DNA from: Candidatus Multivoradales bacterium
GTDB lineage: Bacteria; Acidobacteriota; Thermoanaerobaculia; Multivoradales; JAHEKO01
Direction of reading: 5' to 3'
DNA length: 64,000 bases
Assembly (NCBI GenBank): GCA_965223155.1
Contig: CBDCVR010000013.1
Coordinates: 928,001 to 992,000 of the forward strand
Shown: one piece after another, positions 1 to 8,177 of the stretch
How the letters are laid out: each line of letters begins with the position of its first letter
Numbering within the stretch: position 1 is the stretch's first letter
Notes under the pieces: model-generated
The model's input: the letters and a program-made list of their open reading frames with translations, nothing else
Database searches by the model: none
Told to the model about the DNA's origin: nothing
Made by a program: the position numbers and the translations under genes

Positions 1-169
1 AGACGCAACCGCCTAGGAATCCGAGGGCCAAGAGCGACGACGCGACGCGAGTCGCCCCCCAGAGCGCCGCCGCCCGAAGGGCGAACGCTCGGGAGGCCGC
101 TCGGGCGGCTCGGGGGGTTCGGGGGGCGCGGAGCAGCGCCGTGCGGACCGGGCCGGACGGTCTCGACAT
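1..169 (-). CDS. Putative lipoprotein, N-terminal part only (runs off the window edge)
   Basis: Hand-translated, absent from the ORF track: ATG at 169 gives MSRPSGPVRTALLRAPR...SLLALGFLGGCV, a basic N-region, hydrophobic stretch and lipobox LGGC. TAGGGT -10 box 6 nt upstream. Confidence 0.6.
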   Translation of the reverse strand, partial: MSRPSGPVRTALLRAPRTPRAARAASRAFALRAAALWGATRVASSLLALGFLGGCV

Positions 170-194
170 GGGACCACCCTACCCTAGCCGCCGG

Positions 195-2582
195 CTAGCC
201 CGGCGTTGCTTCCGCCTCGGAGAGCGGTAGCCGAACGGACGCGGGCTCCAGGCAGCGGCGATCGTCGCAGGCCTGGAAGTCCACGGTCAGGGCGGGCTCG
301 GTACCGGTCGTTCGAAGCCGGCCGGCGAACCGCACCCGGCCCTCCAGAATCCGGATCGCCTCCGAAGGTCCGACCTGAAGGGTACGAGGCTCCGGCAGCT
401 CGTCGATCCGGACCTCCACGTCCACACCGTCGAGCCGCAGCGGGAGCACCCACTCCGGCGCCTCGCCCGCCGGATCGGGCGCGTAGACGTGCCAGCCCGG
501 TTGGATCGCAAGCTCGAGTGCGAAGCTCGATTCGCCGCTCGCGCCGCGCCTCGACTCCTGGTCGATTTCGGCGGTTTCGGCGGCAGCGAGGGTCAGCTCG
601 AAGGCGACCGCTTGGTCGGATACTGGGCCCGATCCGGGGCCTGATCCCTCGGCCGATTCCGAGCTCGATTCGGGGGCCGCCGCCTCCGGGTGCTCCAGGC
701 TTGCCGGCTTCGAGCCATCGGCTCCGTCTGCGACCCCGGCGGCCGCGGCTCGCCGGGCGGCGAGTGCCATCATGCGGGCGGGCTCGGCCAGCCGCTCCAG
801 CAGGGGGCCGAAGGCGCGGAGCGCCCGCTCGGCGGCCTCGCGCCAACTGCGCTCGCCGGTCCGCTCGGCGAGCTCCAGGAGATTCAGGACCGCGACGGCG
901 TTGGCCGAGGGCATGGCGCCGTCAAAGAGATCCTTGGAGCGCACCAGGAGATCTTCCGAGGCGGCGGCAGCGAAGAATCCACCGGCTGGATCGCCCAGGC
1001 GATCCTCCTGCTCGGCGGTGAGCCGCGCCGCTTCCTCGAGCCAGCGGCCGGAAGCACCGGCGGCGGCCGCCCGGTCAAGGGCCAGGAGACCCCGCACCAG
1101 GTAGGCGTAGTCCGACAAGAAACCAGGAACCTCGCCGCGCCCTTCGCGCCAGCTATGCAGGAGGGTTCCGTCGCGTGTCCGAAGCGCCGCCAGCACGAAC
1201 TCGGCCGCGCGCTCGGCCTGGTCCACCAGGGCCGGCTCCCCGAGCACCCTGCCGGCCTCGGCCAGGCCCGAGATCGCGGTGCCGTTCCAGTCGGCCAGAA
1301 TCTTGTCGTCGGTGAGTGGCCGGGGGCGCTCGGCGCGCAGCGCGAGCAGGCGCTCGGCCAGAGGCCGGATCTGCCCTTCGAGCTCGGCAACGGTGAGCTT
1401 GCGCCGCTCGGCCTGGGCTTCGAGCGACACCGGCAGATGGAGGACGTAGTAGCTTCCTTCGAAGAAGGCCTGCCGGTCGAAGCCGTAGATCGGCGCCAGG
1501 AAGCCGTAGTCTTCCTGGCCCAAGGCGTCGAGCAACTGGTCCCGCGTCCACACGTAGTAGGCGCCTTCGTGCCCGTCGGTCTCGGCGTCGAGAGCACTCC
1601 AGAAGGCGCCCTCGGGCGCGGTCAGCTCCCGCTCCAGAAAGCCGGCCACGCCGCGCAGCGTGGCCGCGGCCTGGGCGGCGGCACCGGCGTCAGCCGCGCC
1701 CGCGGCGCCCAAACGTTTCGCCTGCCGGGCGTAGGTCTCGAGCAGCCAGCCGTTGTCGTACAGCATCTTCTCGAAGTGCGGGACGTTCCACTCGCGGTCG
1801 GTGGCGTAGCGGTGGAAACCTCCGCCCAGGCGATCGTAGATGCCGCCCCGGGCCATGCGGTCGAGCGTGGTCGCAAGCATCGTCGCCGCACGTTCCGACT
1901 CGGAGGCGAACTCGTCGAGCAAGAGCAGGCCCGACGGCGCCGGAAACTTGGGCGCCGAGCCGAAACCGCCCCACTCGGGATCAAAGGAGCGCTCGAGGCC
2001 GGCCAGAGAGCGCTCGGCGGCGTCGGTGCCGGGCAGAGCCGCGGCCGGCTCCGGCCGGTCCTCCAGATGATGCCGGATGGTGGCGACCACCGAGGCCGCT
2101 TGCTCGCCCACGTCCGTCCGCCGGGTGGTCCACGCGTCGGCCATCGAATGCAGGACCGTGCGAAACGACGGCATGCCCGGCCGATCCACGGGCGGGAAGT
2201 AGGTGCCGGCAAAAAAGGGCTCGAGGGCCGGCGTCAGGAAGACCGAGTTGGGCCAACCGCCGTGCCGGGTCAGGATCTGGGTGGCGCTCATGTAGATCTC
2301 GTCCAGATCCGGCCGCTCTTCGCGGTCCAGCTTGACATTGACAAAATGCCGGTTCATGAGCTCGGCGGTGTCGTCGTCTGAGAACGACTCGCGCTCCATG
2401 ACATGGCACCAGTAGCAGGTGGAGTAGCCCACCGACAGGAAGATCGGGCAGTCGCGTTCGCGCGCCGCCGCCAGGGCTTCGGCGCCCCAGGGGTACCAAT
2501 CCACGGGATTGTGGGCGTGGAGCCGCAGGTACGGGCTGCTCGCAAGGGCCAAGCGGTTGGCGGGCCGGGAGTCGTCGCTCAA
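195..2582 (-). CDS. YyaL/SPATA20-family thioredoxin-like (DUF255) + (alpha/alpha)6-barrel protein with C-terminal DsbD-N-like domain
   Basis: NRLALASSPYLRLHAHNPVDWYPWG, GYSTCYWCHVMERESF, GGWP, PHFEKMLYDN, DDKILADWNG; C-terminal PGWHVYA...FQACDDRRCLEP. Start moved to TTG 2582, just before the conserved NRL motif. Confidence 0.9.
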   Translation of the reverse strand: MSDDSRPANRLALASSPYLRLHAHNPVDWYPWGAEALAAARERDCPIFLSVGYSTCYWCHVMERESFSDDDTAELMNRHFVNVKLDREERPDLDEIYMSATQILTRHGGWPNSVFLTPALEPFFAGTYFPPVDRPGMPSFRTVLHSMADAWTTRRTDVGEQAASVVATIRHHLEDRPEPAAALPGTDAAERSLAGLERSFDPEWGGFGSAPKFPAPSGLLLLDEFASESERAATMLATTLDRMARGGIYDRLGGGFHRYATDREWNVPHFEKMLYDNGWLLETYARQAKRLGAAGAADAGAAAQAAATLRGVAGFLERELTAPEGAFWSALDAETDGHEGAYYVWTRDQLLDALGQEDYGFLAPIYGFDRQAFFEGSYYVLHLPVSLEAQAERRKLTVAELEGQIRPLAERLLALRAERPRPLTDDKILADWNGTAISGLAEAGRVLGEPALVDQAERAAEFVLAALRTRDGTLLHSWREGRGEVPGFLSDYAYLVRGLLALDRAAAAGASGRWLEEAARLTAEQEDRLGDPAGGFFAAAASEDLLVRSKDLFDGAMPSANAVAVLNLLELAERTGERSWREAAERALRAFGPLLERLAEPARMMALAARRAAAAGVADGADGSKPASLEHPEAAAPESSSESAEGSGPGSGPVSDQAVAFELTLAAAETAEIDQESRRGASGESSFALELAIQPGWHVYAPDPAGEAPEWVLPLRLDGVDVEVRIDELPEPRTLQVGPSEAIRILEGRVRFAGRLRTTGTEPALTVDFQACDDRRCLEPASVRLPLSEAEATPG

Positions 2583-2749
2583 GGGTGCCGGGTCTCGCGG
2601 CCCGGGGATCCGAACGGGCCGGGCGCAGTGTAACAATGCGGCCCGCGACTCGAGATCCCGGCCGGCGGCGAAGGATTTCCGCCTCTCGGCCATCCAAGAG
2701 ATCGACGGTGGCGAGCCAACCTTCCCCGAACCCGCCTGCACGAACCAGG

Positions 2750-4474
2750 ATGACACCCGATTCCCCGAACCGCACCGGCTGGCCCCGCGCCCTCGGTCTC
2801 TACGCCCTCGTCGCTGGCGCGGTCTCGTTCTGGCGGCTGGGCGCGGTCGGTGTGCTGCGCATGGAGGGCATGCTGGTCGACGCCGCCCGCCGGATGCTGG
2901 CCGAAGGCGACTGGCTCGTGCCGCGCGTCTACGGCGAGATCTACACCTACAAGCCGCCGCTGGCCTACTGGCTCTCGAGCCTGCCGCTCCGGCTCGACTC
3001 CCAACCCGACGAATGGCTCCTGCGACTGCCCTTCGCCGCCTGCGGCTTTCTTCTCGGGCTGGGGATCCTGCTGCTGGTCGGCCGCCAAACCAGCCCGCGC
3101 GTGGGCCTGCTGGCGGCCCTCGCGTGCGTGACCTGCTCGATCTTCGTCCAGCAGGCCCGGATGGCCGAGTTCGACATTCCGCTCGCCGCGGGCGCCGGGC
3201 TGGCGATTACCGCGGCGGCGGTGAATCTGGCTCGGGAGCGGCCCCACCCCGGCCTTTGGCTCCTGGCCTACGCGGCTCTGGCCTGGGGGTTCCTCGCCAA
3301 GGGCGTTCCGGCCCTGATGGTCTTCGGCCCGGGCCTCCTGATCGCCGCCGTGCTCACCCGGCGAGGACGCCGGCTCATCGCGCCCGGACACCTGGCGGCG
3401 GCGCTGGCGTTCCTGGTCCTGGCCGGCGGCTACCTGACCATGGCCTACCGCGCGGCCGGCCCGCGAGTCTTCAGCCAGCCGCTCCAGGAAGCCAAGATCC
3501 GAGGTTTGAGCTGGGGCACGGGCGCGAGCGACAGCGCGCTCGCCCAGGCCGACTATCTGGACCTGACCGAGGAGCCCTCGGACGCCGTCGCCCGTCCCTA
3601 CGGCTCGCTGGCCCGCACCCTGGCCAAGCCGATCCTGGTCGCCGTCGCGCTCCTGCCCTGGAGCCTGCTCTGGCCGCTTGCCTTCAGCCGCCGCACGCGC
3701 ACCGCCCCGCCCACGACCGCCGGCCGGCTCTCGCTTGCCGCTCGCGGGTTTCTGATCGGCGGCATCCTCGCCTTCATGGCCACTCCGACCCATGCCATGC
3801 GCTACTACCTGCCCCTGGCCGCGCCGGCGGGCATCGTTTGCGGCGTGGCCTCGGTCGAGCTCCACCAACTGGGAGCCCGCCTGGTGCGCTGGTCGCGGCT
3901 GGCGGCGACCCTGCTGGCGCTGGCGGTCTCGAGCGCCACGGCGGCGCTCGCCTTCGTCCTGCCGGAGCCACCGATGACGCTCGCCACCCGCGCGGCTCTC
4001 GCCGCCGCCGGGGTCCTTGGAGTCGTGATCACGCTGCGGCTCCGAGACCGGTCCGCGACGACGGCTCTGCCGGCCCTCCTCGTGCTTACCGGACTCGCTC
4101 TCCTCGCCGCCGAGGGTCTCGGCCTCCAGCCCGCACGGGCTCAGAAGCGGGTGCTCGAGAGCCAGGGCCGGGAGCTCGCCCGCAGGCTCGGCACCGACCG
4201 TCCTCTGTGGATTCTGGGACCGGCCGATCTGGCGGGCAAGAGCTCCTCGCTCTACTACTACTTCGGCGGCGAGGTGCGCGCCTTTCATCGACGCGGAGCC
4301 CTGCCTCCCGACGGCGCCGCGTGCGTCCTGCCATCCGACCGGCTGGATGACGTCCACTGGCCGCCGGAGGTAAGGTTCCACGAGACCGGCCGGATCCCCG
4401 GACCGCGGCGCGACGTCGTCGTGGGACGTTGCGAGCGCGCCGATGCGGCGGCGACCGACACCGGCCGGAGTTAG
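2750..4474 (+). CDS. ArnT/PMT-like (GT-C) integral membrane glycosyltransferase
   Basis: ARRMLAEGDWLVPRVYGEIYTYKPPLAYW, LLRLP, GFLAKG, RYYLPL motifs; many TM segments. Start at ATG 2750. Confidence 0.85.
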   Translation: MTPDSPNRTGWPRALGLYALVAGAVSFWRLGAVGVLRMEGMLVDAARRMLAEGDWLVPRVYGEIYTYKPPLAYWLSSLPLRLDSQPDEWLLRLPFAACGFLLGLGILLLVGRQTSPRVGLLAALACVTCSIFVQQARMAEFDIPLAAGAGLAITAAAVNLARERPHPGLWLLAYAALAWGFLAKGVPALMVFGPGLLIAAVLTRRGRRLIAPGHLAAALAFLVLAGGYLTMAYRAAGPRVFSQPLQEAKIRGLSWGTGASDSALAQADYLDLTEEPSDAVARPYGSLARTLAKPILVAVALLPWSLLWPLAFSRRTRTAPPTTAGRLSLAARGFLIGGILAFMATPTHAMRYYLPLAAPAGIVCGVASVELHQLGARLVRWSRLAATLLALAVSSATAALAFVLPEPPMTLATRAALAAAGVLGVVITLRLRDRSATTALPALLVLTGLALLAAEGLGLQPARAQKRVLESQGRELARRLGTDRPLWILGPADLAGKSSSLYYYFGGEVRAFHRRGALPPDGAACVLPSDRLDDVHWPPEVRFHETGRIPGPRRDVVVGRCERADAAATDTGRS

Positions 4475-4483
4475 ACTCACCGC

Positions 4484-5392
4484 GTGCGAATCGTCTCGCT
4501 CGTCCCGAACGCCACCGAGATCGTCTTCGCCCTGGGCGCCGGCGACCTGCTCGTAGGAGTCAGCCACGAGTGCGACTTCCCGCCCGAGGCCGCCAACCGG
4601 CCGATCCTGACCGGCAGCGTGCTGGCGCCGGATCTCGCTCCGGCCGAGATCGATGCCGCCGTCGGCGCGCAGCTCGCGGGCGGCGGCAGTCTTTACACCA
4701 TCGACGAGACCCGTCTCCGGGAGCTGGCGCCGGACCTCGTCCTGACGCAGAGCCTGTGTCCGGTCTGCGCGGTCTCGCCGGAGCAGGTTGCCGGAGCCGT
4801 GGCCCGGCTCGAGCGCTGTCCGGAGGTGCTCTCACTCGATCCCAAGACCCTTGCCGAGGTCCTGGACGACATTCGCAGGGTCGGCGCGGCCCTCGATCGC
4901 GGGGACCGGGCCGCAGCGCTGATCGCGAAGCTCGAGCTCCGGATCGACCGGATTGCAACGCTTGGTTCTCGCGCTTTCGACGGATCCAAGCCCAGCGTGT
5001 GCGCGCTCGAATGGCTGGACCCGCCCTTCGTCGCGGGCCACTGGGTGCCCGAGCAGATCGCCCTGGCGGGCGGCGTGGACGCCTTCGCGGTCCCGGGGGA
5101 TCCCTCGCGCAAGGTCACCTGGGAGGCCATAGCAGACGCCGATCCCGACGTCCTCGTCGCCATGCCGTGCGGCTTCGACCGGGCCGGCGCCGAAGCCGAG
5201 GTCGAAGCCTTCGCCTCCGGGCCGGCGGCAGCCACCTGGAAGACGCTCCGCGCCGTCCGGCAGGGCCGGGTGTACGCGGTCGATGCCAACGGCTGCTTCA
5301 GCCGACCGGGACCGCGCCTCCTCGACGGAACCGAGTTCCTGGCCGGCGTCCTGCGCGGCCGGCCGGCACCTCTTGATGGGGCCGCGGTCTGA
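4484..5392 (+). CDS. BtuF-like (cobalamin/Fe-siderophore class III) substrate-binding-fold protein, no signal peptide
   Basis: MRIVSLVPNATEIVFALG, VGVSHECDFP, GHWVPEQIALAGG, FSRPGPRL. Confidence 0.85.
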   Translation: MRIVSLVPNATEIVFALGAGDLLVGVSHECDFPPEAANRPILTGSVLAPDLAPAEIDAAVGAQLAGGGSLYTIDETRLRELAPDLVLTQSLCPVCAVSPEQVAGAVARLERCPEVLSLDPKTLAEVLDDIRRVGAALDRGDRAAALIAKLELRIDRIATLGSRAFDGSKPSVCALEWLDPPFVAGHWVPEQIALAGGVDAFAVPGDPSRKVTWEAIADADPDVLVAMPCGFDRAGAEAEVEAFASGPAAATWKTLRAVRQGRVYAVDANGCFSRPGPRLLDGTEFLAGVLRGRPAPLDGAAV

Positions 5393-5436
5393 GCGCCAAG
5401 AGCCAGCCCGGCTTCGGCTTCCGCCTGGCGCGGCGC

Positions 5437-6216
5437 GTGCTGACCCCCTGGAGCCGTCGGCGGGTGCTGGGCGCCGATCGCGCCCGCCTGGAGACGTTTC
5501 TAGACGACCTGCCGGCGGAGACGGCGAAGTCCCTCTTCGCGATCCCCGTCGTGCCGGGCAGCCCCGCCCTCGAGCCCCGGACGTACGAGCTCTTGACCGA
5601 CCGCTGCCGGCTCCTGCTGGTCGCCAACGGTCTCGACCGGAGCGCTTCCCGGGAGCTGGCCCGGCGCTACGACCGAGCCCGCGTCTTCCGGACCGGAGCC
5701 TTGCCGGGCTTTCCGGCCAAGCACGGCACTCTGCTCACTCTGCTGCTCAGCGCCATCCCCGAAGACTTCGGAGTTCTGGACGACGATTGCTACGTCCGGG
5801 ACGGCGCGCTTCTCGAGGTGCCCCAATTCGGTGAACGCGAGTTCCTCGCGGTTCCGGATCACGTCCATTTCTTCACCGTCCACGAGCCGACCGGACGGCG
5901 GTATCCCAGAACCCACTTCCTCATCTTCCAGCGCGCCCGGATCCTGGAGCTCATGAACCGGTACGCGATCGACGCCCAGAAGGTCGTCCATCCACCTCGC
6001 GCCTTGGCACCGCTTCTGGCGAAGCTGGAACTCGGACCTAGCCGCTACCCGAGGACGTATCTACGCTATTTCGACACCATGCTGCTGCTGATCTCGGTGG
6101 CCTTGGCCAGCGGGCTCGAGGTGCGCTGGCTCCGAGCGGCCCCGGACGCGGTTCTCCACCGGCGCCACCTCGAAGCCGAGATGGCTCGGGCCGGCACGGC
6201 CACCGGCAGCGGCTAG
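5437..6216 (+). CDS. Hypothetical protein, possible GT-A-fold glycosyltransferase-like
   Basis: LLVANG...HGTLL...FGVLDDDCYV (DxD-like motif). The frame is open back to a CTG at 5389, so the start is uncertain. Confidence 0.55.
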   Translation: MLTPWSRRRVLGADRARLETFLDDLPAETAKSLFAIPVVPGSPALEPRTYELLTDRCRLLLVANGLDRSASRELARRYDRARVFRTGALPGFPAKHGTLLTLLLSAIPEDFGVLDDDCYVRDGALLEVPQFGEREFLAVPDHVHFFTVHEPTGRRYPRTHFLIFQRARILELMNRYAIDAQKVVHPPRALAPLLAKLELGPSRYPRTYLRYFDTMLLLISVALASGLEVRWLRAAPDAVLHRRHLEAEMARAGTATGSG

Positions 6217-6266
6217 CCAGGCTCGGGATCGCGTCGAAAGCCTAGAAACCGCCGGTCAGGCGCCGA

Positions 6267-6977
6267 TCAAGCGTCAAACGAGCTCTCGGCCAGCTCGTCG
6301 TCGGCTTCGGTCTCGTCTCGGCGGCTCAAGAAGAGCACGGTCACGCCGGTGAGATTCCAGAAGCCGATCGTGTACCAGTTGGGCCAGATCATCACCGCCA
6401 GAAAGGACAGGATGCCGACGCCGAACAGCGCGCCCATCACGCCCCGGACCTGCATCTCCGGCAGATGCCAGCGCGACACCATGAGCATGGCGAAGATCAG
6501 CACCACTGTGGCTGCCGCGGGCACCGGAATCTGGTCGCGCATCAGCACCAAGGCCATGAGATACCCGGCCGCTACCGGCGTCGGTACGCCGGTGGTGCGG
6601 TCGGCCTTGACGTGCTCGTCCGAAGTCAAGTTGAACCGGGCCAGCCGGTAGACTCCGGCCAGAACATAGGCCACGGCAATACCGACGCCAAATCCCTCGA
6701 GCGGGCGCAGGATCGCCTGATGGGCCAGGAAGGCGGGCGCGGCACAGAAGCTGAGACTGTCGGAGAGCGAGTCCATTTCCTGACCGAACTTCGAGGTCAC
6801 GCCCAGCATCCGGGCAAGCCGTCCGTCGGCCAGGTCGAGGAGGATGGCGACGAAAAGCAGCGACACGGCCAGGCGGAACTTGCCGTCCGCGGCCGCAAGC
6901 ATCGCCAGGAAGCCGACGACGATATTCGCCGCGGTGACCGCGTTGGGTACGAAGAGAAGACGGCGGCGCCCTTCCAT
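6267..6977 (-). CDS. pssA: CDP-alcohol phosphatidyltransferase (phosphatidylserine synthase type)
   Basis: PNAVT, DLADGRLARMLGVTSKFGQEMDSLSD signature, RLARFN, GVPTP. Start ATG 6977 sits 7 nt after a TACAAT box. Confidence 0.88.
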   Translation of the reverse strand: MEGRRRLLFVPNAVTAANIVVGFLAMLAAADGKFRLAVSLLFVAILLDLADGRLARMLGVTSKFGQEMDSLSDSLSFCAAPAFLAHQAILRPLEGFGVGIAVAYVLAGVYRLARFNLTSDEHVKADRTTGVPTPVAAGYLMALVLMRDQIPVPAAATVVLIFAMLMVSRWHLPEMQVRGVMGALFGVGILSFLAVMIWPNWYTIGFWNLTGVTVLFLSRRDETEADDELAESSFDA

Positions 6978-7159
6978 AGCTTGCATTGTAGCTTACGGAA
7001 AGTTCGGGGCCGGGTTTCCCGGCCGCTTTCCGACCCCGGAATCACCTGCCGAGCCAGCCGGCGCTGTGCTAGATTCGCCGCCGCCCGGCCGCCGCCGCCC
7101 GACCCAGAGGGACACCCTCTCAGGCAGGCGTCCAACCGGGTCCACCGCGGGAGCTTCCG

Positions 7160-8143
7160 ATGGAGATTTTCGACACCATCCTCGACACCCTGGGCAACAC
7201 GCCCCTGGTGCGCCTGGGGCGCTTCCATTCGGGTCCGGCGACCCTGGCGGCCAAGATCGAGTCGTTCAACCCCGGCTCGAGCGTCAAGGACCGCATCGGC
7301 ATCGCCATGATCGAGGCTGCCGAAAAGGCGGGAGAGCTCCAGCCCGGCCAGACCATCGTGGAGCCCACCTCGGGCAACACCGGGCTCGGCTTGGCCATCG
7401 CCGCCATCCTGCGCGGCTACAAGATGGTGTGTACCGCCGCCGACAAGATCCCGGCCGAGAAGGTCGCGCTGCTCAAGGCATACGGCGTCGAGGTCCTCAC
7501 CTGCCCCACCAACGTGGCGGCCGACGATCCCCGCTCGTACTACAAGACCGCCGAGCGGATTCGCGACGACGAAGGGGCCTTCCTGCCCTATCAGTACTAC
7601 AACCAGGCCAATCCCTGGGCGCACTACCACTCCACCGGTCCCGAGATCTGGCGGCAGACGGACGGCAAGATCACGCACTGGGTGGCCGGCGTCGGCACCG
7701 GCGGCACGATCAGCGGCACCGCCCGTTTTCTCAAGGAGCAGAACCCCGAGATCCGGGTCATCGGCGTCGATCCCATCGGTTCGGTCTACCAGTACTTCAA
7801 GACCCACGGTGAGCTGCCTCCCGAGGAAGACATCCATCAGTACCTCATCGACGGCATCGGCGAAGACCTGATGCCCGAGAGCGTCTGGATGGACACCATC
7901 GACGAGGTCGTCAAGGTGGACGACAAGTCGGCCTACGGCGCGGTCTTCGAGCTTGCTCAGACGGAAGCGATCTTCACCGGCTCGTCGGGTGCCGCCGCCG
8001 CCGTGGGAGCCCGCCGGGTGGCTCGCGAGCTGGGCGACGACGCCGTGGTCGTGACCCTGTTTCCAGACTCCGGCGAGCGCTATCTCTCGAAGCTCAACGA
8101 AGACTGGATGCGCGAACAGGGGCTACTGGACTCGGAAGAGTGA
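7160..8143 (+). CDS. PLP-dependent cysteine synthase / cystathionine beta-synthase family enzyme
   Basis: GNTPLVRL, FNPGSSVKDR (PLP Lys), EPTSGNTG, GVGTGGT, PDSGERYLSK. Confidence 0.93.
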   Translation: MEIFDTILDTLGNTPLVRLGRFHSGPATLAAKIESFNPGSSVKDRIGIAMIEAAEKAGELQPGQTIVEPTSGNTGLGLAIAAILRGYKMVCTAADKIPAEKVALLKAYGVEVLTCPTNVAADDPRSYYKTAERIRDDEGAFLPYQYYNQANPWAHYHSTGPEIWRQTDGKITHWVAGVGTGGTISGTARFLKEQNPEIRVIGVDPIGSVYQYFKTHGELPPEEDIHQYLIDGIGEDLMPESVWMDTIDEVVKVDDKSAYGAVFELAQTEAIFTGSSGAAAAVGARRVARELGDDAVVVTLFPDSGERYLSKLNEDWMREQGLLDSEE

Positions 8144-8177
8144 GCGCCGGGGAGCGCCGCCTCGAGTCGAGACTTCG

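Noticed and set aside
7100-7145. Glycine or SAH riboswitch suggested by CTCTCAGG
   Set aside because: Other conserved elements (GGAGA...CCGAAG for glycine; GAGGAGCG...CAGGCTC for SAH) are missing
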